Assembly: GCA_052327205.1 (NCBI GenBank)
Contig: CM126204.1
Span: 187,922,001-187,986,000 of the forward strand
Origin: Somniosus microcephalus
Taxonomy: Eukaryota
Length of the DNA stretch: 64,000 nt
Direction: 5' to 3'
Shown: one piece after another, positions 49,261 to 61,579 of the stretch
Layout: the number at the start of each line of letters is the position of its first letter
Numbering within the stretch: position 1 is the stretch's first letter
Program-made: the position numbers and the translations under genes
Notes under the pieces: generated by a model
What the model was told of the DNA's origin: nothing
The model's input: the letters and a program-made list of their open reading frames with translations, nothing else
The model's database searches: none

Positions 49261-50903
49261 ATTTTCACCATTGAAATATCTTCATTTAAACAGGGAGCAA
49301 TGAGCGCATTTGTTTGTGCCGACTATACTATTAGTATGAAGAGCAAAATTAAGTGTACAATAATAAAATCATTCATCCAGGGTGCCCAGCAGTCTAATCA
49401 TTTTGAATATTTACACTAGTCTGACACCCTCCTACAGTAACTCCACCAAATTCATCTCCCAAGTAGGAATGGAAAAAACAAAGAATGCTTAAAAGATAAT
49501 GATTCAGAATCATCTGATCAACCTTCCTCTTTCTTCAAAGGTAGTTGCAACTCCTTATACAGTATAAAGGAAAATGCAAGCAAATGGGGAAAACAAAAGA
49601 CCACTGTCCCATTAAGGGCTTACCAGCTCTCCGTTACCATACCAACATGTACCTTTTCAAAGCAGTAACTGAAGAGGGGATCGTGTTCTAAGACCATATC
49701 TCAGGTTTTATGAAAAAAATGCCAGCAAGGAAATGGAGTTAATGCAACGAGGAAGAAATTTAAACTACATCCCAAATCTCAGGAAGGCCATTGTTGCATT
49801 AAGTAATCTAACATTCTTCCTCTTGTGTTCGACCTCCAATATCATATTTCAGAATTACAAGCCTGTTTCAACAGTTTGGAAGATGGACTGCACAAAGTTG
49901 GACAATGCTGGGAAACAGTGCGAGCACCCACTGTACTTGTTAATGTAAAAGACCTATAGCAGGATATGGACTCCTGAATCCAGCTTCTGGCATCAACTTA
50001 CAATAGGAAGAGTCTGCTGGGAACGCTTCAATGAGGATGACAACCCAACTGACGCACATCTCAACCAAGGAATTTAAACATCAAATAGAAAATGTTGTGA
50101 AGCTAGAAGTGGAAGGCAATAACTGAGTGTGATCAGCTGAAGTATACAAAAAGTATTGAGAAGCTTTGCAAGAAGGCTGCAAACACAACATTTATTTAAA
50201 ATTTAGTTAATTATGAAGCAACTTTTCCAAATAAAACATTGTTGACAATTCTTCTTGGTGGTAACCAAATAAACTACCAACAGGAGGAAAAGAACCAAAG
50301 TGCCACACCAGAAAGTGATCAGAAGAGTGCTGTGGAGTAGGTGGAAGGAAAAAATCACAAGTAGCTACTGGAAAGTGCATGGGTTCTTCCTGTCCCTGCT
50401 TCAATGGATGGTAAGTGGAGGTTGAGCAAATGTGGAATTTACTACAAAAGCACATGTACATTTTGATTCATTTGGATGTACTTCTGCACAATTTACCTCA
50501 GTATTAAATCAGTTTGTCCTTCACCAGCAAACAACAGATTAAATTCCCATTATTTGCCTCTCAGAGGGCAAGATGATGTATTAAATGTCATATTTTGCCT
50601 TTGTGAAGTGGTTTACTGCCCTGGGACTGAATTGAGATAGTTAGGTGTCTTTCCTCTGCAGCCTTCTGTGGTTATCAGGAAACATCAACCCCAATATCTA
50701 GGTTGAACTGAAAAGCTCTCCAAAAAGGTACCAATCATTTTTTTTCAAAAAACTGTTTCAAACAACTCTTTTCGCATTCCAACTCTTAATTTTATTTTTG
50801 TTCTCAAATGGATACTGATGCTCTTTGCGCCCACACATTTTAAACTCCAGTTTTACAGGCCACTGATTCGCAATCTTAGAAATAATTAATTGAATAGACT
50901 TAC

Positions 50904-50937
50904 CTCCCATACTGACCTTGATGAAATCTAGACTGAA
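50904..50937 (-). CDS. SENP6: SENP6 coding micro-exon, 34 bp
   Basis: FSLDFIKVSMG resembles SENP6 FCLDFIKI. TTTCAG acceptor and GTAAGT donor. Phase 0/1 joins its neighbours in frame. Confidence 0.88.
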
Positions 50938-51426
50938 CTGAAACAAGAAAAATCTGTTTTAGGTGTTTGCAAATCCAACAACTTCAGCTGTTAAATAGCA
51001 TCAGTGATATCTAGGTTTAACAAATTTACAACACACCATATATTCTTAAAATAACAGCACTTCAACAACAGCATTGGCAACTTTATTTTTCTTCCAATTA
51101 TACCTCAAACAATCTACATAGATTTGTCACACACTCCTTATTTAGGTGTCACCATTTCTGTCGCGCCTCTAGCTAGCACCTCAATGGGATTTCCCATTAT
51201 TAAGTGAGCAGCTACGAGACACCATGGGACCTCAGTCATGCCTGCAGCTGCATACACCCACTGGATGGAGTCTCAAAAGCCCCAGTTCCCCAGGTTTCTC
51301 TGTTTTCTCCATGGCCCCATCTTAGTTTCAATTTTCTCAGTCCTTATTTAGGGTCTTGCCACCTTTCAGCTTCCTGCATCCCTTTAAATTAATTTAAAAA
51401 ATTAAATTGGATTCCTGTCTGCACTT

Positions 51427-51520
51427 CTGATGAAGGGTCCCAGACCTGAAACGTTAACTCTGTTTCTCTCTCCACGGATGCTGCCTGGCCTGCTGAGTAT
51501 TTCCAGCATTTTCTGTTGTT
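51427..51520 (+). mobile_element. Penelope-type terminal fragment with minimal hammerhead ribozyme-like core
   Basis: CTGATGA - stem (GGTC/GACC) - GAAAC followed by TGCTGCCTGGCCTGCTGAGTATTTCCAGCA. Confidence 0.55.
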
Positions 51521-51544
51521 ATTCCTGTCTGCACTTCCTGGCAT

Positions 51545-52148
51545 AACTCCGCCCGCTTCAGCTCATCTGCTGCTGAAACGCATGCCTTTGTTACCTCTAC
51601 ACTTGACTATTCCAATGCTCTCCTAGCCAACCTCCCATCGTCCACCCTACATAAACTGGAGCTCATCCAAAACTCTGCCGCCCATGCCCTAACTCGCACC
51701 AAGTCCCATTCACCCAGCACCCCTGTGCTCGCTGACCTACATTGGCTCCCGGTCCAGCAATGCCTCGATTTTAAAGTTCTCATCCTGATTTTCCAATCCC
51801 TCCACGGCCTCACCTCTCCCCCATCTTAGTAACCGCTAGCCCCACAAGTCTCCAAGGTCTCTGCGCTGCACCAATGCTGGTCTCTTGCACTTCCCGTTTT
51901 AATCAGTCCACCATTATGCCTTTAGGTGCCTGGGTCCTAAGCTCTGGAATTCCCTCCCTAAACCTCTCCACCTCTCTCTCTTCCTTTAAGATGCGCCTTA
52001 AAAGCTACCTCTTTGACCAAACTTTGGGTCATCTGTCCTAATATCTCATGTGGCTCGGTGTCAAATTTTGTTTGATAACGCTCCTGTGAAGCGCCTTGGA
52101 ACGTTTTACTATGTTAAAGGTGCTATATAAATACAAGTTGTTATTGTA
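51545..52148 (+). mobile_element. L2 LINE 3' end
   Basis: Homologous to 9790-10241 plus 16706-16870. TATATAAATACAAGTTGTT tail. Confidence 0.88.
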
Positions 52149-52205
52149 GGCTGCCTGTTGTAAATATTACTAAAATTTTAAATCCAATATAAGTATAAAT
52201 ATATT

Positions 52206-52963
52206 GGCCCTGGCATTGCAGTGGTAATGACGGTGAAACGGTCAGTGCTTGCCGCCATTACCCCTCTGAAACGGACAGCATCTTCAGGATTAAACGCAGA
52301 AATCGAAACTTTGCGGTCAGTCATTCCCTGCTCCACCACAGGTTGCGCTGTGGACCCTCCCCAGAGCCGGCAATCAATTCAAATCACACAGAAGGATGAA
52401 ACCTTCCCGTTATGCTGGAATATCGCTGTTAACAACCCCTCTCCCCCCACCTTGAAAAAGTTAAGCCTTGTTGAAAGAGGTGTAACTGGGATTTTAACGG
52501 TGTATTGACTGCTGAACAATCGTTCTGGCCCTGAAAAACTAATTTTATATTTGTGAAATGTCAAATTTTCCATTAATATGATTAATAATTACATGGTTTT
52601 TTTAAAATAACACTTTTTTTCTTCTTTTTTTTAAAGTTTATGCCATTTCAGCTTCTACCATAATCCTATGTGTATGCCCCAATCTTTATTTTGCGTTCTG
52701 CAAAATTTATAAGTAGTAAATTAGAATCTGTGCATTTTACTTCCTGGTTTGCTGTCTGTGAGAATTCTTCAACGTGATTGGCTGCCCAGGCTGCTTGATG
52801 ATATCACTGTGTTGGACGCTGGAGATTTGCTCGATTTGGTGTCAGGTTCAAACACAGGTCAGGACAGCTGAAATTGATGCCAGAGATTGCTAGATCTTTA
52901 TGGGCAGCTTTCAAGGTCAGCGGCGGGCGCAGTCGCTTCACCGCCGAGAGCAAATTCCAGGCC
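52206..52963. mobile_element. Harbinger-type MITE
   Basis: GGCCCTGGCATTGC...GCAAATTCCAGGCC ends. TSD ATT (52203-52205 and 52964-52966). Confidence 0.75.
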
Positions 52964-53024
52964 ATTCATTCCCAAGAGCTACAAAAATATATACTCCCTT
53001 TCTAAATATATATTCATTCCCTAG

Positions 53025-53558
53025 CTCCCAAAGTAATTGGCAGGATAGGCGCACCAACGTCAGTGTTCTCGCTCAGGCCAACATCCCCAGCATCAAAGCT
53101 TTGATCACGCTCGATCAGCTCCGATGGACGTAGTCCGCATGCCAATACAAAATTCCCAAAGCAAGCGCTCTACTCGGAGCTCCGACATGGTAAGAGAGCG
53201 TCAGGTGGGCAGAGGAAACGCTTCAAGGACACCCTCAAAGCCTCCTTGAAAAAGTGCAACATCCCCACCGACACCTGGGAATCCCTGGCCCAAGACCGCA
53301 CAAAGTGGAGGAGAAGCATCCGGGAAGGCGCCGAACACCTCGAGTCTCTTTGCCGAGAGCAAGCGGAAGCCAAGCGCAGGCAGCGCAAGGAGCACAAGTC
53401 AACCCAAACACCCCGCCCACCTGCCCCTTCAACCACTGTCTGCCCCACCTGTGGCAGAGACTGTAGGTCCTGCATTGGACTCAGCAGTCACCTGAGAACT
53501 CATTTTTAGTGTGGAAGCAAGTCATCCTCTGTTCTGAGGGACTGCCGAAGATGATGAT
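53025..53558 (+). mobile_element. RTE-clade LINE 3' end
   Basis: GGQRKRFKDTLK...WESLAQDRTKWR and C2H2 finger CPTCGRDCRSCIGLSSHLRTH. (GAT)n tail. Confidence 0.88.
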
Positions 53559-54121
53559 ATATACAATCATGGCTCTCTCTTGGGCTTTGCTATGCTGCCC
53601 ATTATTGCTAGTCAACAGCATGGCTCCCACTATCTGCCACCCCTCATCCCCAGTCAGTCAGCCGCCAGCCCGACTGCTATCACTACTCCAAGCCTGGCAT
53701 TGCTTCCAGGCCCCACTTGCACTTCTGCTCTGTCTGCTGCATTTGTACCTAGCTCTCAGCAGCCTGCCCCAACTTCAGCTTGTGCCTTGCTGATCAGGGT
53801 CATGTCTGGCCCCAACTGCTGTCCATAGCTTGGTGACCCCAATCCCTTAGGGATACATTGGAGCCAGCATTAAGGGCAATGGTAGGGGAAAATATTTCTG
53901 CACCTTTGTAGGGGAAGGATCAAAGCAGAGAGCTGAAACAGAACCTCTAAGGTTTATGAGTTTGCCAGCCCTCCTCCTCAATGTCAATTCAGACTATTTT
54001 TTTTAAAAATGGTCCTCCCTGCCTCTGGTTCTGCTTTTGAGGTGTTACAGGCTCCAAAGGTTCAGCAACTTTCTACGTGCTCCACCCACTCTGGCATCAT
54101 TTGATTCTCTCATGTTTGGTG

Positions 54122-54505
54122 TCAGCCATGGCTAAGTAGGTAGCACTCCCGCCTGAGTCAGAAGGTTGCGAGTTCAAGTCCCATTCCAGAGGCTTGAGCA
54201 CATAATCCAGGCTGACACTCCAGTGTAGAAATGTCTTTCGGATGAAATGTCTCTCTTAGGTGGACGTAAAAGAGCCCATGGCACTATTTCGAAGGAGCAG
54301 GGGAGTTCTCCCCAGTGTCCTGACCAACATTTAGCCCTCAACCAACATTAAAAACAGATCGTCTGGTCATCATCACATTGCTGTTTGTGGGACCTGGCTG
54401 TGCACAATTGGCTGCCACGTTTCCTGCATTAGAACAGTGATTACACTTCAAAAGTACTTATTTCACTGTGGTACATCTTGAGGTTATGAAAGATGCTATA
54501 TAAAG
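54122..54505 (+). mobile_element. DeuSINE-like SINE
   Basis: tRNA-like head GCCATGGCTAAGTAGGTAGCAC...GAGTTCAAGTCCC and shared body. Confidence 0.8.
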
Positions 54506-55101
54506 CCGTGTTTTTTCCCCCCCCTTTTCTTTCTCCCACTGCTTTACCACCCCCTTCCCGCGAAGCCTGCTTGTTATCGCTCCCTAACCTTCCTCTACCT
54601 TCTCCTTCCCGTCTTGCCTCTTCCAGCTGACAACACAGTCCTACCTAAACCCCAGTCCAATTATTCAACCTCGCCCACCCCACTCAATGTGTACACTACA
54701 CTTGCCCTTGACACCATGTGCAACACCACAGGAAAGCGAGTGGTTCGCTTCCACACTGGAAAGGATTCTAAATATCTCAACGTAATAAAACGGACAGCCA
54801 TCAGTAGCCTGGTAACCCATTTGCTTGCCACTGAGTGAAATTGAGAACCTTGCTGGTGCCAGTGCTTCTGCCTGGCTACTTCTCCCCAGTGAATTCTCCT
54901 GTCCAGAGCCTCAGTAAGGTAAATGAGTTTGTCAGTCTCCTTCCTTCATGTCAAGTCTGACTATGCTTTTTAAAAATTGCACTCCCCACCTTCCCCTGTT
55001 TTGGAGTGTGAATGTAAAGTTTAACTTTTTTAAATCCACTGTGGTCTGGCAACAAAAAAAAACTGCTTCAACAACGTAGAAATTTCAACGACTGCACTTA
55101 C

Positions 55102-55272
55102 AATAACAGGTTCCAATACCGTTGTTCGAAAGGTTCCAATTCGTATACTTCGGCACTTGAGAATAATACTTTCACAGCTGCTTTCCACTTGCGAACTAAG
55201 AACTTCAGCGTGTGTCTGAGCAACCTCAAATTTTCTTTTTTTGCCCGCTGTTTCATGGTAAGGATTTCCAAA
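55102..55272 (-). CDS. SENP6: SENP6 coding exon, 171 bp
   Basis: FGNPYHETAGKKRKF...SCESIILKCRSIRIGTFRTTVLEPVI resembles SENP6 FGN...DSVILNCRSIRVGT...EPVI. Polypyrimidine tract plus CAG acceptor, GTAAGT donor, phase 0/0. Confidence 0.9.
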
Positions 55273-55344
55273 CTGTAAAGAGAGCAGAGAGAGCACATTT
55301 AATTGTATTAAAAAAAGTGCTTGCGTTCAGAAAACTTTGGACTT

Positions 55345-55588
55345 AAAGAACAACTTGCATTTCTACAGCGCCTTTCACGACCACCGGACGTCCCAAAGTA
55401 CTTTACAGCCAGTGAAGTACTTTTGAAGTGTAGTCACTGTTGGAATGTAGGAAACGCGGCAGACAATGTGTGCACAGCAAGGTCCCACAAACAGCAATAT
55501 AATGACCAGATAATCTGCTTTAGTGATATTGGTTGAGGGATAAATATTGGCCAGGACGCTGGGGATAACTCCCCTAACTCCTCTTCCT
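55345..55588 (-). mobile_element. DeuSINE-like SINE 3' half
   Basis: Reverse complement of the SINE tail. Confidence 0.72.
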
Positions 55589-56242
55589 TAATCCAAATCT
55601 GGTTCAGACAGCAAAAGAACTTTAGACCAAATGAGAATACTTTGAAGTAATTATAAAAGCTTGCAGCTGCCTGCATAGAGTTTGATGCTTAAAGAAGTTG
55701 ACGTCTATCGTTAGTGCATCCTCATGCCTCGTCCCAGATCTTGGTTTAGCCACCTGTACGCGGCACAGGAACCAAAAGGTGCAGTCCACCTTCATGCTGC
55801 AGTCCACCACAGAGATGATGAAATGCTTCCTGCATGAACCGCTGTGTGCGGCACACCACAACTTGGCAATAACCACATTTGCAGCTTTTATTGGATTTAA
55901 TTGTAAATTTAGAATTCATCCTTAAAGGGGCTAATTACTTAGTTTAATCCTAAAATCATGAGTCTTATTTGTAGCATTTTACATTTTTTCCCCTTCCTTT
56001 AACGCAGTGGGCTCTGCAGAACGTGCAGAAACAAAATGGGAGCAGATACCGGCAGGTATTGCAAACATCTGGGTAAGGATACCCCTCCTTCTTCAGGACT
56101 ACAACCCTATGATTGAAACAAATGTGGCACCACAAGTATTGCTTGTGTTTCAGATCTTGCCAGTACATATCCAGATCACCCTTAATTTTTGGAACTGGAG
56201 CTTAAAGTATTTATTTGGAGATGTAAGTAGCCTGAAGTTTAG

Positions 56243-56715
56243 ACACATAGGAACAGCACCCCCGAGCCTGCTCCGCCATGCAATTAGATCATGACTGATC
56301 TGTACCTCAACTACATTGACCTGCCTTTGCTCCATATCCTTCGATACCCCTTACCCAACAAAAATCTAGCGATCTCAGTCATGAAAGCTCCAATTGTCCC
56401 AACATCTGCAGCCTTTTGAGGGAGAATCACAGATTTCTACTACCCTTTGTGAGAAAAAAATGCTTCCTGATTTTCCTCCTAAACAAGCCCTAATTTTAAG
56501 ATCATGTCCCTTCATTCTTGATTCCCCCACGAGGAAATAGTTTCTCTGTGTCTACCCTATTGATTCCTTTTAACACCTCGATCAGATCACCCCTCAATCT
56601 TCTATAATCAAGGGAATACAAGCCAAGTTCATGCAACCTGTCCTCAACTTAACCCTCTAAGCTCCTGTATCATTCTGATGAATCTGCGCTGTACCCCTTC
56701 CACGGCCAATATATA
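56243..56715 (-). mobile_element. Old CR1 3' end
   Basis: Homologous to 36778-37215. Confidence 0.7.
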
Positions 56716-57592
56716 CTTCGAGCTGCAGAAGCAAGCTTCACTCCCTTGCAAGGGAGCCAGAAGAACTGTGCATCATTTCTTAGACAACACAGAACACAAG
56801 AAACCCAACTTACACGAACTGTTATGTATCTTTACATTGTTTTGGATTTTCAGAATCGATTCCTGTAAGCTGAGCTTTGCGCCTGTGATTCAGAGGCTGC
56901 TTCTTTGCTGTACATGGCCTCACAGAACTGCCCCAGGGGCCAACAATGACCCCACTTGCTGTAATTAATGTAGTCTTGCACTAATTGCAGTGTATGTACC
57001 TTTAAGAGCCCCTGTGCACTGTAATACCGGTAGTGACCACTCGGGTATATAAGCCTGTATAGCGTCTTGTATCTTTTAGTTCACCTCCAGACTTTGTTCA
57101 GTAAACACCTGTTAAACCAACTCCTGCATTCCGTGTCTCCATTAACACACGGATACAACAGTGGCGACGAATTGGAAACGGACTTACCTGCAATTCGGCA
57201 GCACCTCAAGGAAATCGATTCCTCAGACGAAGGTCGAAGAAAAAAAAACCAAAAAAAAAACCCTGTGGTTTCACCAGCTAGCCGGGCTGGTGGCAGGTAC
57301 TGCACTAATCCTTCCTGGGCAGCGGGCTGGGGCGCGATCGGGTGTCTCTGCAGCGGGGCCGAGCAGCGAGTCAGAAGGCGGAGGCAAACAGAGACGGAGG
57401 GTGGAGCACTCGGGAGACGGCCGGCGCTGCAAAGCAGGTCGGCATTCGGACCAAGCAGAGGGAGGGAAAAGTCCCAGAGAGTCCGGCGGGAACGAGTCTC
57501 CAACTATTAAAAATATCTGTGTAAATAAAAACCGCGGAGAACAGCGTTGTCAGCAGCGGCAGCGGCGGGAGGCGCCATTTTTTATTTTCAGG

Positions 57593-58782
57593 ATGCCTAA
57601 GACTGGCAATATTACTGCTTTCAATAGTGATATAGAGGATTGGACCACATATGTGGAAAGAGTGGAGGTATATTGCACAGCGAATGAAGTAAAGGATGAT
57701 AAAAAGGCATCGGTACTTCTAAATCTGATGGGCGCAAGGACATACGGGCTGTTACGAAACTTGATCACTCCAGCCAAACCGATGGACAAGAATTTTAAGG
57801 AGATTGTTGATACCCTACAGGAGCACTTAAACCCAACACCGCTGCTGATAGCGGAACGATTCAAATTCTTCAGGAGGAATCAGCACAAGAATGAAAGTAA
57901 TGCTGATTACCTCACCGAATTAAGAAAGCTGTCAAAGCACTGCCAATTCGGGGCAGGACTGGCAGATTCTCTACGAAACAAATTCGTCTGCGGTCTCCAA
58001 AGTGAAGGAACACAGAAAAGGCTACTTTCTGAGAAAGATTTGACACTGGACAAGGCTTTCAGTGTGGCTGTATCATACGAAGCAGCAGCAAGAGGAGCTG
58101 CAGAGATACAGCAAAAGCCACAGGACTTCGGCACCCATGAAATGACACGGGGTTTCGAGAGATGTTATCACTGCGGCAGATCCACCCATGACCAGATGGA
58201 CTGCTAGTTCAAGGACAAAGCATGCAGGCAATGCGGAAAGATGGGACACATTGCACGTGTATGCCGATCTGGAAACAAAAAATCCACTGACAGAAAAAAA
58301 AATCAATAAGGAAAAGTACAGAAAGGTACAAATGATGACGGACAGTAGCTCCGAAGACCAGAAGAGCGATAGCGACTCCGGAAACAAGAGACTAAGCTGT
58401 CTCAAATTACATAATGTAATTGCCAAAGAAGATTACCAGACCATTTGGGTTACCCTTAAGATAGCGGGGTCCCCAGTTAAAAATGGAGCTAGATACAGGA
58501 TCAGCTCTGACCGTCATAAGTCGACGGGATTACGAGTGGCTATTTCCGCATATACCTTTGAAGGACACATCCATTATCTTGAAGACATATACGGGGCAGA
58601 AGGTATACCCCAGAGGGAAAATAAAGGTGCCTGTTGTATACAACGGCAAGGAAATACAGAAGTTGTATTTATACGTTCTGCAAGATGGTGGTCCACCGTT
58701 GTTGGGACGTGAATGGATCAGGAAGATACGTTTAGACTGGCACTCCATTCAGGCACTGACGGTGACCAGTAAGAAAAAATGA
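57593..58782 (+). pseudogene. Gypsy gag (two zinc knuckles) + aspartic protease, disrupted
   Basis: MPKTGNITAF...ERFKFFRRNQ..ES, then CYHCGRSTHDQMDC*FKDKACRQCGKMGHIARVC. Protease motif ELDTGS. Stop at 58205 and frameshifts. Confidence 0.88.
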
Positions 58783-58816
58783 TGATGACGTCATACCTGA
58801 ACGATTAAAAGACACC

Positions 58817-61579
58817 TTGGCTAACGCCAAAGAAGTGTTTCAACAGGAACTAGGAACCTTGAAAGGCGTCACCGCCTCAATAAAAGTGGAAGATGCGGCA
58901 ATTCCCAAGTTTTTTAAGGCAAGGCCGGTGCCATACGCAATTCGTCCAGCAGTCGAGGCAGAGCTGGAGAATTTGGAAAAGGCAGGCGTGTTATCCAAGG
59001 TAGATTGGAGCGAGTGGGCAACACCCATCGTCCCGGTCATGAAGAAAACGTTGAATAATGATAAATCTGAAGAACAAAGAAAAATTCGCATCTGTGGGGA
59101 CTTCAAGGTGACTGTAAACCCGGTCCTTCACACGGTACAGTATCTTCCGAGGATAGAAGATATTTTCGCCTCACTATCCGGAGGGAAACGTTTCACAAAA
59201 ATTGGCATGGCACAGGCATATCTACAGATGGAGGTTGAGGAGGCCTCTAAAAAGTATCTCACGATAAACACAGACAAAGGCCTGTACCAGTACAATCGAC
59301 TGGTTTTCGGAGTAGCATCAGCTCCAGCTATCTGGCAAAGAGCTATGGAGCAAGTCCTGCAAGGGATTCCGGGGACTCAATGCTACCTAGACGACATCCT
59401 TGTAACAGGAGAAAACGACAACGAGCACCATGCCAATTTGGAGCAGGTGCTCACTAGGCTGAGAGAACGGGGCCTACGAGCAAATCGCCCCAAGTGCGAA
59501 TTTTTCCAGAAACAAATATCATATTGTGGCCATATAATTAACGAAGAAGGGTTGCATAAGTCACCTGAAAAAATTGAAGTGGTCATAAAAGCCCCAGCAC
59601 CTGAAAATGTCTCACAATTAAGGTCGTTCCTGGGATTGATAAATTACTATCATAAATTTTTACCGAACTTGTCAACTGTTCTGCACCCTCATAACGCACT
59701 GCTACAAACCGGAGTAATTTGGAAATGGAGCGAAGACTGTAAACGTGCCTTCCATAAATGCAAAGGCTTGATCACGTCCAAGGAAGTGTTGGCTCATTAC
59801 AACCCATCACTGCCAATCAGACTGGCGTGCGATGCATCCCCTTACGGCGTAGGAGCGGTATTATCGCATAGATTCCCTGATGGCTCGGAGCGGCCGATAG
59901 CTTTTGCGTCACGCTCATTGAATTCAGCTGAGCGTAACTATGCCCAGATCGACAGGGAAGCACTCAGCCTGGTGTGGGGAGTGAAGAAATTCAACCATTA
60001 CCTACACGGACAAAAATTTACCTTGTTGACTGACCATCAACCCCTCGTCCCCATATTCAACCCTAAAAAGGGCGTTCCCATTATGACAGAGCAAAGGGTA
60101 CAGAGGTGGTCCCTTTTCCTAGGGGCACACCAATATGACATAGAATACAAAGGATCAAAACAGCATGGGGATGCTGACGGTTTATCGCGCCTACCGTTGC
60201 CAACGATAGAAGAGGCATCTACAGTGGACCCAGTGGAGATGTTCCACTCAACCATAGTAGAATGTCTACCAGTAACAAATTCTACCATTGAAAAGGAAAC
60301 GAGAAATGACCCGACTCTCACACGAGTCTACGATTTAACGGTGAAGGGATGGCCAGCACATGGCGAACCACTGTTGCCAGCATTCTCGCAAAGAAGAGAA
60401 CAGCTGTCAGTGTGCCGAGGAACCTTGATGTGTGGATCCAGAGTGGTGATTCCACCCAAACTCCAGGATAAAGTGCTAAAGGAGCTTCACGAGGGGCATC
60501 TGGGTGGAGTGAAAATGAAGAACCTAGCCAGAGCGTTAGTGTGGTGGTCAGGTATCGATGGAGACATCGAAGAAATGACCAAGAGCTGTCTAGGATGCCA
60601 GAAGGTCCAAAACGCCCCACCACAAGCCCCTCTACATCCATGGGAGTGGCCCTCATCTCCATGGCAAAGGGTACATATCGACTTTGCTGGTCCATTTATG
60701 GACTCAATGTTCTTAATCGCGGTTGATGCACACTCCAAGTGGCCGGAGGTAATAAAGATGTCCTCCACCACCACGGAAAAAACCATCACAGTATTAAGGA
60801 CCATATTTGCCAGGAATGGGCTGCCTGAACAGATCTGTTCTGATAATGGACCGCAATTTGTGTCCGAAGAATTCAGGAAGTTCTTAAAAAACAATGGGGT
60901 TAAGCACTACACGTCCGCCCCATACCATCCCGCCACCAATGGATTAGCTGAAAGGTTTGTCCAGACCTTCAAGAAGGCCATAAAGGCCATGGGTAATGAA
61001 GACATAAATCTACAACATAAGGTAGATAACTTCTTGTTTGCATACAGGAATGCAACACATGTGGTTACAAACCAAACTCCCGCCATGATGTTTTTCAATA
61101 GAAGACTAAGATGCCGGCTGGATTTGATCAAGCCAAACATCAGAAGGGACGTAGAGAACCGGCAATTTCAAGGCATGAATGAAAGGCCAACTAGAACCTT
61201 CCAGATAGGTCAACAAGTTTTGGCCCGGGACTACCGTACCGAGAAATGGCAGCCTGGAACTATTTGCACACGACTAGGACTGCTGATGTATACCGTGGAC
61301 ATTGGTGAAAGCATAATAAGGCGCCATGCTGACCAGATCATAGAATCATCCGAAAAGGGACAACCTACACCACAACTCTATACGCCTAATGATGAAGCAG
61401 AGATACCCATAGTATCTACCTCCGATCCAGTGATACTGGAACCAGATGAACCCGACACTGGCATTCAAGCCGAATCGACCTTGCCAAAAGAACCTACTAC
61501 ACCACCGAAGACTACTACACCACCGAGGCGTTATCCGGACCGAGTCAGGAAGCCTCCAGAGAGACTGACTTATAATTGA
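58817..61579 (+). CDS. Gypsy pol: RT, RNase H, integrase (open 920 aa)
   Basis: WATPIVPV, RICGDFK, YLDD, CDASPYG, LTDHQPL, HHCC zinc finger, HIDFAGP, SDNGPQF and NGLAERFVQ. Confidence 0.93.
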   Translation: MANAKEVFQQELGTLKGVTASIKVEDAAIPKFFKARPVPYAIRPAVEAELENLEKAGVLSKVDWSEWATPIVPVMKKTLNNDKSEEQRKIRICGDFKVTVNPVLHTVQYLPRIEDIFASLSGGKRFTKIGMAQAYLQMEVEEASKKYLTINTDKGLYQYNRLVFGVASAPAIWQRAMEQVLQGIPGTQCYLDDILVTGENDNEHHANLEQVLTRLRERGLRANRPKCEFFQKQISYCGHIINEEGLHKSPEKIEVVIKAPAPENVSQLRSFLGLINYYHKFLPNLSTVLHPHNALLQTGVIWKWSEDCKRAFHKCKGLITSKEVLAHYNPSLPIRLACDASPYGVGAVLSHRFPDGSERPIAFASRSLNSAERNYAQIDREALSLVWGVKKFNHYLHGQKFTLLTDHQPLVPIFNPKKGVPIMTEQRVQRWSLFLGAHQYDIEYKGSKQHGDADGLSRLPLPTIEEASTVDPVEMFHSTIVECLPVTNSTIEKETRNDPTLTRVYDLTVKGWPAHGEPLLPAFSQRREQLSVCRGTLMCGSRVVIPPKLQDKVLKELHEGHLGGVKMKNLARALVWWSGIDGDIEEMTKSCLGCQKVQNAPPQAPLHPWEWPSSPWQRVHIDFAGPFMDSMFLIAVDAHSKWPEVIKMSSTTTEKTITVLRTIFARNGLPEQICSDNGPQFVSEEFRKFLKNNGVKHYTSAPYHPATNGLAERFVQTFKKAIKAMGNEDINLQHKVDNFLFAYRNATHVVTNQTPAMMFFNRRLRCRLDLIKPNIRRDVENRQFQGMNERPTRTFQIGQQVLARDYRTEKWQPGTICTRLGLLMYTVDIGESIIRRHADQIIESSEKGQPTPQLYTPNDEAEIPIVSTSDPVILEPDEPDTGIQAESTLPKEPTTPPKTTTPPRRYPDRVRKPPERLTYN

